64,000 nucleotides of DNA. Origin: Thermoproteota archaeon. GTDB lineage: Archaea; Korarchaeota; Korarchaeia; B14-G2. Under the pieces are notes generated by a model. The model was not told the DNA's origin, made no database searches, and saw only the letters and a list, made by a program, of their open reading frames with translations. The position numbers and the translations under genes are program-made. Of this stretch, positions 28,127 to 36,662 are shown piece after piece (position 1 is the stretch's first letter; each line of letters begins with the position of its first letter). The DNA is taken from positions 1 through 64,000 of the forward strand of contig JAVCBW010000013.1 in assembly GCA_037917675.1 (NCBI GenBank), written 5' to 3'.

Positions 28127-30559
28127 TTGGGAAGTGAGGAGGAAGCTCGCATTGGCGTGTTTATCTGCCATTGTGGCACAAATATCGCTGGCATCATCGA
28201 TGTGAAAAAGCTTGCAGAGTATGCCAGCTCGCTGCCAAACGTAGCTTTTGCTATAGACGAGAGGTACATGTGTTCTTCCACAGGGCAGGAGCTGCTCAAA
28301 GAGAAGATAAGGGAGCTCAGCTTAAATAGAGTGGTTATAGCAGCCTGCTCACCTAGGCTCCATGAAGCAACGTTCAGAAATACCCTGAGAGAAGCTGGAC
28401 TCAACCCTTATCTGCTTGAAATGGCTAACATAAGAGAGCACTGCAGCTGGGTTCACAGCGGGGCTCCTGAGACAGCTGAGGAGAAAGCAAGGGGGCTAAT
28501 TGCTGCTGCAGTGGCTAAAGCAACCTACTTGGAGCCCTTAGAGCCGCCAGAATTCCCAGTAAAGCAAGCTGCGCTGGTTATAGGAGGAGGTGTAGCAGGT
28601 ATACAGGCAGCCTTAGACCTAGCTAATGAAGGCTTTAAGGTGTATATGGTTGAGAAGTCTCCCACAATAGGAGGTAAAATGGCACTACTAGACAAAACAT
28701 TCCCTACACTAGACTGCTCTGCCTGTATACTGACACCTAAGATGGTTGATGTTGCTAGGCATCCTAACATAGAGTTGCTTACGTATAGTGAGGTTACTGG
28801 TGTAGATGGGTTTATTGGGAATTTCAGGGTTAGAGTTTTGAGGAAGCCGAGGTATGTGAGGGAGGAGGACTGTAATGCCTGTGGAGCATGTGTAGAGGTA
28901 TGTCCAGTAGAGGTGCCAAATGAATGGGACATGGGGCTAGGGGTGAGGAAAGCAATATATCGCCCATTTCCTCAAGCTATCCCATCAGTCTTCCTGATAG
29001 ATAGAGATAGCTGTATTGAGTGTGAGAGCTGTATTGAGGCTTGTAGAGAGCAGGGTAGAGACGCCATAGACCTTAACATGAAGCCTAAGGAGATAGAGCT
29101 TGATGTAGGTGCGATAATAGTCGCAACAGGATTCGAACTATACGACCCAACAAAAGCAGGAGAATACGGATACGGAAGATACCCAAACGTAATTACAGCG
29201 ATGGAGCTTGAGAGGCTTGTAAATGCAGCAGGCCCAACTCACGGCCATGTTATCCGCCCATCTGATGGGAAGGTTCCGAAAAGCGTTGCGTTCATAACAT
29301 GTGTTGGCTCGAGAGATGAGCGTGCAGCTCCCTACTGCTCAGGGTTCTGCTGCATGTACACTCTGAAGAACGCTGTACTTCTCAGAGAGCACTATCCTGA
29401 CATGAAGATTTACATCATATTCATGGACATGAGAGCACCATTCAAGGGCTATGAGGAGTTCTATAGGAGAGCTAGAGGAGAGGGAATAATCTTCCTAAGA
29501 GGGAGACCATCTGAGATACAAGAGGATCCATCCACCAGGAACCTGGTAATCTCTGTAGAAAATATAGCTACAGGTGAGATCATGGATCTAAATGTAGAGA
29601 TGGTAGTCTTGTCTCCAGCTGCCATACCATCTGAGGGAACCCAGGAGCTTGCTAGGCTCCTGAACGTCACTCTAGACTCGACAGGATTCTTCATGGAGGC
29701 TCACTTCAAGCTTAGGCCGATTGACGCTGCTACAGACGGCATATTCTTTGCAGGATCGTCGCAGGGTCCTAAGGACATATCATACTCGGTTTCTCAGGGG
29801 AGTGCAGCAGCTGCTAGAGCTGCTAGGATACTCAGTAGAGGTAAATGGGAGATCGAGCCCATAGTGGCTAGTGTAGTGCACCCTGAGAGATGCAGGAATA
29901 TTGAGGGAGAATGTGGTATATGTGCTAGCAAGTGCCCATATGGTGCGATCACGATTGAAGCTGGTAAGCCTGCTGTTGTAACCCCAGCAAAATGTCATGG
30001 TTGTGGGACATGTGTAGCAGACTGTCCATCTGGTGCCTTAACTCAGATGCACTTTACAGATGCGCAGATAATCTCCCAGATAGATGCTGCGCTCCGTGAC
30101 AACCCAGAGGAGAAGATAATTGCGTTCATGTGTAACTGGTGCAGCTATGCTGGAGCAGATCTGGCTGGGACAAGCAGATTCCAGTACCCAGCGAATGTCA
30201 GACCTATCCGGCTAATGTGCTCAGGTAGGATATCAAGAAGATTCGTGCTAGAAGCCTTTAAGAGAGGGGCTGGGATGGTCTTAGCTTCAGGCTGCAGGTT
30301 TGGCGACTGCCACTACATCAGAGGTAACTATAATGCAAAGAAGAGGCTTGAGCCTCTTGACAAGATCCTCAAGGCTGTGGGGATAAGTCCAAGTAGGTTC
30401 AAGATGGCTTGGTTCTCAGCAGCTGAAGGTGAATACTACTCTAGACTTGTTGCAGAGATGGTAAATGAACTCTATAGAATGGGAGTAGACAGAATAAAGA
30501 AGGAGAACGAGGCAGCTAGACCAAAGCTAGAGAGGATACTTGCAAGGATGGCAAGGTGA
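28127..30559 (+). CDS. hdrA: HdrA fused to a C-terminal MvhD domain
   Basis: RIGVFICHCG, GGGVAG, DCSACIL, ferredoxin motifs, CVGSRD..YCSGFCC; C-terminal CNWCSYAGAD..MCSGR..GCRFGDCHY (MvhD). TTG 28127 preferred; ORF track starts at 28061. Confidence 0.95.
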   Translation: MGSEEEARIGVFICHCGTNIAGIIDVKKLAEYASSLPNVAFAIDERYMCSSTGQELLKEKIRELSLNRVVIAACSPRLHEATFRNTLREAGLNPYLLEMANIREHCSWVHSGAPETAEEKARGLIAAAVAKATYLEPLEPPEFPVKQAALVIGGGVAGIQAALDLANEGFKVYMVEKSPTIGGKMALLDKTFPTLDCSACILTPKMVDVARHPNIELLTYSEVTGVDGFIGNFRVRVLRKPRYVREEDCNACGACVEVCPVEVPNEWDMGLGVRKAIYRPFPQAIPSVFLIDRDSCIECESCIEACREQGRDAIDLNMKPKEIELDVGAIIVATGFELYDPTKAGEYGYGRYPNVITAMELERLVNAAGPTHGHVIRPSDGKVPKSVAFITCVGSRDERAAPYCSGFCCMYTLKNAVLLREHYPDMKIYIIFMDMRAPFKGYEEFYRRARGEGIIFLRGRPSEIQEDPSTRNLVISVENIATGEIMDLNVEMVVLSPAAIPSEGTQELARLLNVTLDSTGFFMEAHFKLRPIDAATDGIFFAGSSQGPKDISYSVSQGSAAAARAARILSRGKWEIEPIVASVVHPERCRNIEGECGICASKCPYGAITIEAGKPAVVTPAKCHGCGTCVADCPSGALTQMHFTDAQIISQIDAALRDNPEEKIIAFMCNWCSYAGADLAGTSRFQYPANVRPIRLMCSGRISRRFVLEAFKRGAGMVLASGCRFGDCHYIRGNYNAKKRLEPLDKILKAVGISPSRFKMAWFSAAEGEYYSRLVAEMVNELYRMGVDRIKKENEAARPKLERILARMAR
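28575..29193 (+). repeat. Inverted repeat copy 2 (hdrA core), partner of 1..619
   Basis: Direct comparison with the reverse complement of the window start. Confidence 0.95.
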
Positions 30560-31032
30560 GCGTGATGTCTCTTGAGAGCTTAGAGAGTGAAGTCCAGAAA
30601 CTGATTAAGGAAGCTGTCGCATACTGCTATCAGTGTGGGAAGTGTTCTGGTAGCTGCCCAACTGCTAAGGCCTGCCCAACATATAATCCAAGAAAGATAG
30701 CTGAAGAGTTAATGCTTGGGAGATGGAAGGAGGTCCTGTTTGGAGGCGAAATATGGCTGTGTACACTATGTCACACATGCTATGAGAACTGTCCGCAGAA
30801 CGTCGGCTTTTCACACGTCATAATAGAGCTAAGAAACCTCGCAGCTAAAGCTGGTGCTGCTCCAAGCGAGTTTATCTCTCGTGTGAGACAGCTTGCTGAG
30901 ATAGGCTATATAGCTGCTGTCTCCAAGGCCATTGAGAGGAGGAGAAGCGAGCTTTCCCTACCAGGACTACAGGCTTCACCCGATGGTATTCCAAAGATAA
31001 TGGAGGCTACAGGCCTCAAGCTAGAAGAGTGA
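30556..31032 (+). CDS. hdrC: Heterodisulfide reductase subunit C, second paralogue
   Basis: CYQCGKCSGSCP, WLCTLCHTCYENCPQNV. Confidence 0.9.
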   Translation: MSVMSLESLESEVQKLIKEAVAYCYQCGKCSGSCPTAKACPTYNPRKIAEELMLGRWKEVLFGGEIWLCTLCHTCYENCPQNVGFSHVIIELRNLAAKAGAAPSEFISRVRQLAEIGYIAAVSKAIERRRSELSLPGLQASPDGIPKIMEATGLKLEE

Positions 31033-31038
31033 TGAGCT

Positions 31039-31920
31039 ATGGGAGAGTACTCGCTCTTTACAGGCTGCCTGATGCCATTCAGGCTTCCTCACTTAGAGCA
31101 GGCAGCTAGGCTTGCTCTAGATGCCCTTAGGATAACTGTAAGTGACCTAGAGGACGCTAGCTGCTGCGGAGACCCCATAGTGCTCAGGTCCATCAATGAG
31201 AATACATGGCTTGCTATTGCAGCTAGGAACCTGTGTCTAGCAGAGGAAAGAGGTCTTGACCTACTTGTGCTATGTAATGGCTGCTATGAGAGCCTAAAGA
31301 CCGCAAACGTCATGCTGAAGGAGGATAAGAGCTTAAGAGCCTCTGTAAACAAGGTTCTATCCATGCTAGGTCTAGAGTTCAATGGGAAGATTGAGGTCCT
31401 GAACTTCCTAGAGGTTTTAGAGAGGGAGGTCGGTGTCAGCAAGCTTAAAAGAACCATTAGGCGTGCCCTAAGAGGCCTACCTGTAGCTGTACACTATGGC
31501 TGCCACATGCTCCGCCCTAGCAAATATCTCAAGTTCGATGATGTGTATTCTCCATCAGTGCTCGATTTGTATGTTGAGGCACTTGACTTACAAAGTGTCC
31601 CCTACTTGAACAGGATGTTGTGTTGTGGAGCAGGCCTAAGTATAATCGATAGGGATGCATCATTAAAGCTGGTAAGAGAGAAGCTTTCTGCTATAAAAGC
31701 AGCTGGAGCTGAGGCGCTAGTGGTTCTATGTCCATTTTGCTACCAGCAATACGACCTAGGCCAGAAGCTGGTTAAGCAGCCTAATGGAGAGAAATTCAGC
31801 ATACCTGTCTTCTACTATCCAGAGCTCCTCTGTCTATCACTTGGCTACTCTCCAAGCCAGCTGGGGCTAAGATACCATAGCACTAAGGTGACATCATTTG
31901 TCGAGAAGCTAGGGGTCTAA
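31039..31920 (+). CDS. hdrB: Heterodisulfide reductase subunit B, second paralogue
   Basis: LFTGC, SCCG, CNGCY, HYGCHMLRP, CCGAG, CPFCYQQYD. Confidence 0.92.
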   Translation: MGEYSLFTGCLMPFRLPHLEQAARLALDALRITVSDLEDASCCGDPIVLRSINENTWLAIAARNLCLAEERGLDLLVLCNGCYESLKTANVMLKEDKSLRASVNKVLSMLGLEFNGKIEVLNFLEVLEREVGVSKLKRTIRRALRGLPVAVHYGCHMLRPSKYLKFDDVYSPSVLDLYVEALDLQSVPYLNRMLCCGAGLSIIDRDASLKLVREKLSAIKAAGAEALVVLCPFCYQQYDLGQKLVKQPNGEKFSIPVFYYPELLCLSLGYSPSQLGLRYHSTKVTSFVEKLGV

Positions 31921-31960
31921 TCTTCGGTCTAATTAAGCGATAGCCTCCCTGAATATTTGG

Positions 31961-32725
31961 ATGAACTCTGGAGGAGAACTAATACTTGTAGCAGGGATAT
32001 CATATACCAGAGAGTTCAGCACCATAGCATCAAGAGTTATACGTTACATAACCTATGCTTCAGATAGTACTGTGCTACTTGACCTGGATCCAAAAGGGAG
32101 TGTAGCTTCACTGCTCAATGACGTCATTGCAGGCTCTCACCCAATGTCTGCTGCTAGCTGGCTGCTTGGAATAGAGAAGCTCCCATCCCCCAAGGGTAGA
32201 GAGCCTTTACACATATTAACAATGGAGTTTACTGCACGCATCCCAGTTAAACATCCTAAGAGATCTATCACACAGCTCCTAAAGATCCTATTAAGGAAAT
32301 ATCACATGGTAATAGTCTCTTCACCAATCTTATCCTTGAGCATATTATACTCAGCCCCCTACTCCAGGGGAAAGTGGCTTATAGCTGTGCTATCTAAGGA
32401 AGAAACGGATCTCGCATCTCTAATGCTTCTTCATGCCATATTCTCTGGATTCAGGCCTGCTTCGATGATTCTAGTAGATCCTACTCTGGCAAGCACCCAG
32501 ATATCCACAGTCTTAGGGATTCTGGTGGTAAAAGCACCTCCCACTAGCTCCTTCCTAGATCAAGACCTCCCCCTAGTTGCTAAGCATATAGCTCAGCTGA
32601 AAGACGCTCAACGGAGAGAGAGCCTCAGAAGGAGGCTCAAATACTTCCTAAAGGAGAGGACCCGCAGGGATCTCAGGCTAGATCCACGCGTGCTAGTAGA
32701 TCTTCTAGCAGATAGAGTGACCTGA
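31961..32725 (+). CDS. Degenerate ParA/MinD-like protein
   Basis: VLLDLDPKGS resembles the ParA A' motif; no Walker A at the expected N-terminal position. Confidence 0.5.
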   Translation: MNSGGELILVAGISYTREFSTIASRVIRYITYASDSTVLLDLDPKGSVASLLNDVIAGSHPMSAASWLLGIEKLPSPKGREPLHILTMEFTARIPVKHPKRSITQLLKILLRKYHMVIVSSPILSLSILYSAPYSRGKWLIAVLSKEETDLASLMLLHAIFSGFRPASMILVDPTLASTQISTVLGILVVKAPPTSSFLDQDLPLVAKHIAQLKDAQRRESLRRRLKYFLKERTRRDLRLDPRVLVDLLADRVT

Positions 32726-32777
32726 CTCATCTCAGGAAGCTTTAAAGTAATACATTTTAACAGGTGGTGGTAAGGTC

Positions 32778-33083
32778 ATGCAATTCATAGCAGAGTCTAT
32801 ATCGAAGCTTCCTGAAGAGAAAAGGCATGCTTTAGCTGATAAAGCAGTAGGTGTCCTACTTAAGAGCAAGAAGGCAAAGAAGGTGGTAGATCCGAGATCA
32901 GCAAGAGGTATTTTAGAATCTCTCTCACATGAGACTTTACATGAACCAGCTGAGCTAGCAATGCTATTAAGGCTAGCATGGCTTTCTGATGCAGAAAAAA
33001 TGGAGAAAGCACTGGTATCTACCCTGGGGGAAAATGGAGTCACTATCGTACGCGAGCTTAAGGAGAGGTATGGAGGTGAATGA
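32778..33083 (+). CDS. Hypothetical 101-aa protein directly upstream of mer
   Basis: TTTAAA and GGTGGT upstream; stop one base before the mer ATG. Confidence 0.7.
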   Translation: MQFIAESISKLPEEKRHALADKAVGVLLKSKKAKKVVDPRSARGILESLSHETLHEPAELAMLLRLAWLSDAEKMEKALVSTLGENGVTIVRELKERYGGE

Positions 33084-33084
33084 C

Positions 33085-34083
33085 ATGCCTGACTTAAAGT
33101 TCGGAATAGAATTTGTCCCACAGGATGTATACTGGAGGACAGTAGCCTATGGGATACTCGCTGAAAAAGGTGGATTCGAGCACATTTGGGTAACAGACCA
33201 CTTTAACAACAGAAACGTACACCTTATCCTAGGTCTCATCGCAAACTACACCGAGAGGATAAAGCTGGGAACTGGTGTGACAAACCCGTATCTAAATAAC
33301 CCCGCTGCCATCGCAAGCGCTATCCTAACTCTAGACGAGGTCTCTGGAGGTAGAGCTATACTGGGAATAGGGGCTGGAGATAAGATAACATTCAGCTATC
33401 TTGGGGTGGAATGGAAGAAGCCTCTTGCTGCCATAAGGGAGACTGTAGAGGTCTTTAGGAGGCTCATTAGGGGTGAAAGCGTCTCATATGAAGGAGAGTT
33501 CGTAAGACTGAGGAATGCGAGGCTGAACTTTAAAACAAAAGGAGAAATCCCTGTCTATATAGGTGCTCAGGGCCCCAAGATGCTTGAGCTAGCTGGGGAG
33601 ATAGGAGATGGAATCCTAATAAATGCCTCACATCCAAAGGACTTTGAGAGGGCTATGTTGCATATCCAGAAGGGGCTTGAAAAAAGTAGAAGAGCTAGGA
33701 ACCAGATAGATATAGCTGCCTATACGAGCTTCTCCGTACACAAGGACTCTAATAAAGCAAAGGATGCTGCTAGGCCTGTCGTCGCATTCATAGTAGCTGG
33801 AGCTCCTAAGGGAATTCTAGAGTTCCATGAGATACCTTATGAGAAAGCCAGTGAGATAGGGAGGAAGTTGTCTAAAGGTAAGTTCAAAGAAGCCTTCTCC
33901 ATGGTATCAGATGAGATGCTATCAGCGTTCTCAGTCTGTGGCTCTCCAGATGAATGTATAGATAAGATTAGAGAGCTACAGAAAGCTGGGATATCACAAC
34001 TAGTTGCAGGCTCACCCATAGGTCCCAATGTAAAGGCTGCAATAGAGCTTATAAGCAAGGAGATAATGCCAGTCTTCAGGTAG
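33085..34083 (+). CDS. mer: F420-dependent methylenetetrahydromethanopterin reductase
   Basis: KFGIEFVP, WVTDHFNNRN, GTGVTNPY, GAQGPKML, AGSPIGP; ATG 33085 after GGAGGTG. Confidence 0.95.
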   Translation: MPDLKFGIEFVPQDVYWRTVAYGILAEKGGFEHIWVTDHFNNRNVHLILGLIANYTERIKLGTGVTNPYLNNPAAIASAILTLDEVSGGRAILGIGAGDKITFSYLGVEWKKPLAAIRETVEVFRRLIRGESVSYEGEFVRLRNARLNFKTKGEIPVYIGAQGPKMLELAGEIGDGILINASHPKDFERAMLHIQKGLEKSRRARNQIDIAAYTSFSVHKDSNKAKDAARPVVAFIVAGAPKGILEFHEIPYEKASEIGRKLSKGKFKEAFSMVSDEMLSAFSVCGSPDECIDKIRELQKAGISQLVAGSPIGPNVKAAIELISKEIMPVFR

Positions 34084-34830
34084 CTACCTAAACAAATCTT
34101 CTCTCTCATCTCTCACTAGGTCCCTTCCCCTCCCTTCTCCTATCAGATGCTCACATCCCCTCACTATCACAACAGGCACTCCCCTATTTTTCCCCATAAC
34201 TAGCTCTGCTGCTGCAGCTATCTCATCAGCCACAGCTATCACAGTAGCTTTCAGCTCTCTACCATACATGTCTAGACTACCTCTATAGTCTAGTAATGCT
34301 CTTACACCTGATAGCCCAATGGCGAAGTTAACCTGCCCTCTACGCCATGGCCTACCCCACGTGTCCGTTATTATAACACCTACATCGACTCCTGACATCT
34401 CCTTAATCCTCACTCTAATTCTCTCAGCGCTGGCATCAGGATCCTCTGGGAGAAGCGACACCATATTTCCCTTCACATTAGATCTATCTACACCAGAGTT
34501 AGCACAGACAAAGCCATGCTTGGTCTCAGTTATCAGGACTCCCCTCCCCATCTTCACGATCCTCCTGCTCTCCCTGAGAGCCAACTCCACGAGTTTAGCA
34601 TCTTTCCCATACTCTCTCGCGATTTCAGTAGCAAACTCTGAGGGATTGATGCTCTCTGGGTTCACGATTCTTCCTTCAGCTTTTGAAACTATCTTCTGTG
34701 TTATAACGATAATGTCTCCTTCTTTAAGGCTAATTCCCATGTCAGAGAGCTTTTGGATTATGATTCCAGCCAAATCATCTCCTTCCCTTATGTTAGGCAT
34801 CCCCTCGACTCCTATGAGCTCAACTCTCAA
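34084..34830 (-). CDS. cofE: Coenzyme F420:L-glutamate ligase
   Basis: QKIVSKAEGR, CANSGVDRSN, LLPEDPDASA, DTWGRPWRRG, DLFR end. Confidence 0.95.
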   Translation of the reverse strand: MRVELIGVEGMPNIREGDDLAGIIIQKLSDMGISLKEGDIIVITQKIVSKAEGRIVNPESINPSEFATEIAREYGKDAKLVELALRESRRIVKMGRGVLITETKHGFVCANSGVDRSNVKGNMVSLLPEDPDASAERIRVRIKEMSGVDVGVIITDTWGRPWRRGQVNFAIGLSGVRALLDYRGSLDMYGRELKATVIAVADEIAAAAELVMGKNRGVPVVIVRGCEHLIGEGRGRDLVRDEREDLFR

Positions 34831-34904
34831 GATCTCCCGCCTATGCAGCAGCTTAGATTATAAAAGAGTTCTCAAATCCTTTTATAGCAGGTGAGCATAT
34901 CCAA

Positions 34905-34963
34905 GACGTGATGTGACCACTCCAGACTGAGCCTACGATGATGAGCCATGGAGTGACTGATAG
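34905..34963 (+). ncRNA. Archaeal box C/D sRNA
   Basis: C GTGATGT 34908-14, 12 nt, D' CTGA 34927-30, C' ATGATGA 34938-44, 12 nt, D CTGA 34957-60; TTTATA about 25 nt upstream. Confidence 0.8.
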
Positions 34964-34973
34964 CCACTAGGGG

Positions 34974-36662
34974 GTGGGAGCCCTAAAGCTAGATAAGAAT
35001 AAGCCTGTCCTTGTAACATGTGCTCTCCCATATGCAAATGGCCCCTGCCATCTGGGGCACCTAAGGACATATGTTCCTGGAGATGTATTTGTAAGGTTTC
35101 TCAGGAAAATGGGGTATAACGTAGTCTTTATATGTGGATCAGATGCACACGGGACTCCGATTGTTATTGAAGCTGAGAAAGCCAAGCTTTCTCCAGAAGA
35201 ACTAGTGAAGAAGTTTCATGGTCTGTTCAAGGAGGTATTTAGGGAGTTAGGTGTCTCATTTGACTACTATGGCTGCACACATGATGAGACAAACCACGCG
35301 AGGACCAAGAAGATAATAGAGGCTCTATACCAGAATGGCTACATATATGAAGCTGAGACAGTTCAGTACTACTGCTCGAGCTGTAAGAGGTTCCTCGCTG
35401 ATCGCTATATAACTGGGACCTGCCCATACTGTGGCGCTGAGGCTAGAGGCGACGAATGCGACCAAGGCTGTGGCCGTTACCTGTCTCCTGGCGAGGTCCT
35501 TAGTCCAAGATGTTCATTCTGTGGCACAACTCCGGAGAAGAAGCCTGTAAAGCATGCATTCTTCAGGCTGACTGCATTTGAAAGATTTCTAGCTAAGTTC
35601 ATAGATAGAGCTGAGATAACACCGAATGCACGAGGTTTAGCAAAAAGCTGGCTAAACAAAGGCCTCAGAGACTGGTGCATTACAAGGGTGCTGGACTGGG
35701 GTGTGAGGTACCCAAGAGACCCTTCTCTAGTCGTATATGTATGGGTAGACGCACCAATAGGCTACATATCCTTCACTGAAGAGTGGAGCAAGGCGAGTGG
35801 TGTATCCTGGGAGAAGTTTTGGAAGAAGGGCGAGGCAACAATCATACACTTCATAGGAGCAGACATAGCATACCATCACTGCATATTCTGGCCTGCATTG
35901 CTGAAGGGTGCTGGCTATTCTCTACCCACAGCAATACTAGCTCATGGGATGTTGACAATAGACGGTATGCCATTCAGTAAGACCAGAGGAAACGTCGTTT
36001 GGGTCAAGCAGGATCTACTGGATAGAGGGATAGACCCCGATGCAATCCGCTACTTCATCATATCCTCAACACCCTTTACTAGAGACCTAGACTTCAATAC
36101 ACCTCTACTCTCTAGTAAGATAAACGATGAGCTGATAGGTATCTTCGGGAACTACGTGAACAGAGCTCTGTCGTTTGCTTACAGGTACTATAGGCGCGTA
36201 CCAGATGGCGAACTGGAGGGAGAGGTGCTAAACAGGATAAGAAAGGCGATAGAAGAGCTCAAGATGGCCTTAGATGACCTAGATCTGAGACACATCTGCG
36301 CATCTTTTATGTCACTGGCCTCTTTTGGAAACGAGTACTTCCAAAGCAGGGAACCCTGGGCCAAGTTTAGAACAGACCCTAAGAACTGCTCAGATACTAT
36401 AAGAAACTGTCTTCAGATAACAAAAGCACTAGCAGTCCTCTCTGAGCCAGTTATCCCAGCTAAAGCTCAAGAGATATGGAGTATGCTCGGGCTAAGGGGG
36501 AGTGTGCATAACGCTAGTTTAGAAGAATGCCTGGAGCCTCTCCCCATAGGCTTAGAGTTACAGAAGCCTAGGCTCCTGTTCAGGAAGCTAGAGCCAAAAA
36601 TGCTAAAGTCTATAGATGATGAGCTAGCTATGAGAAGAGGAGGTATGTTACTTGGACATTGA
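34974..36662 (+). CDS. metG: Methionyl-tRNA synthetase
   Basis: ALPYANGPCHLGH, GSDAHGTP, Zn knuckles, YVWVDAPIGY, FSKTRG. Confidence 0.95.
   Translation: MGALKLDKNKPVLVTCALPYANGPCHLGHLRTYVPGDVFVRFLRKMGYNVVFICGSDAHGTPIVIEAEKAKLSPEELVKKFHGLFKEVFRELGVSFDYYGCTHDETNHARTKKIIEALYQNGYIYEAETVQYYCSSCKRFLADRYITGTCPYCGAEARGDECDQGCGRYLSPGEVLSPRCSFCGTTPEKKPVKHAFFRLTAFERFLAKFIDRAEITPNARGLAKSWLNKGLRDWCITRVLDWGVRYPRDPSLVVYVWVDAPIGYISFTEEWSKASGVSWEKFWKKGEATIIHFIGADIAYHHCIFWPALLKGAGYSLPTAILAHGMLTIDGMPFSKTRGNVVWVKQDLLDRGIDPDAIRYFIISSTPFTRDLDFNTPLLSSKINDELIGIFGNYVNRALSFAYRYYRRVPDGELEGEVLNRIRKAIEELKMALDDLDLRHICASFMSLASFGNEYFQSREPWAKFRTDPKNCSDTIRNCLQITKALAVLSEPVIPAKAQEIWSMLGLRGSVHNASLEECLEPLPIGLELQKPRLLFRKLEPKMLKSIDDELAMRRGGMLLGH

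Noticed and set aside
23026-30559. Possible selenocysteine recoding in fwdB, hdrA or mvhD
   Set aside because: The relevant positions are Cys codons (VCHGP, DCSAC, CNWC, DCHY); no in-frame TGA.
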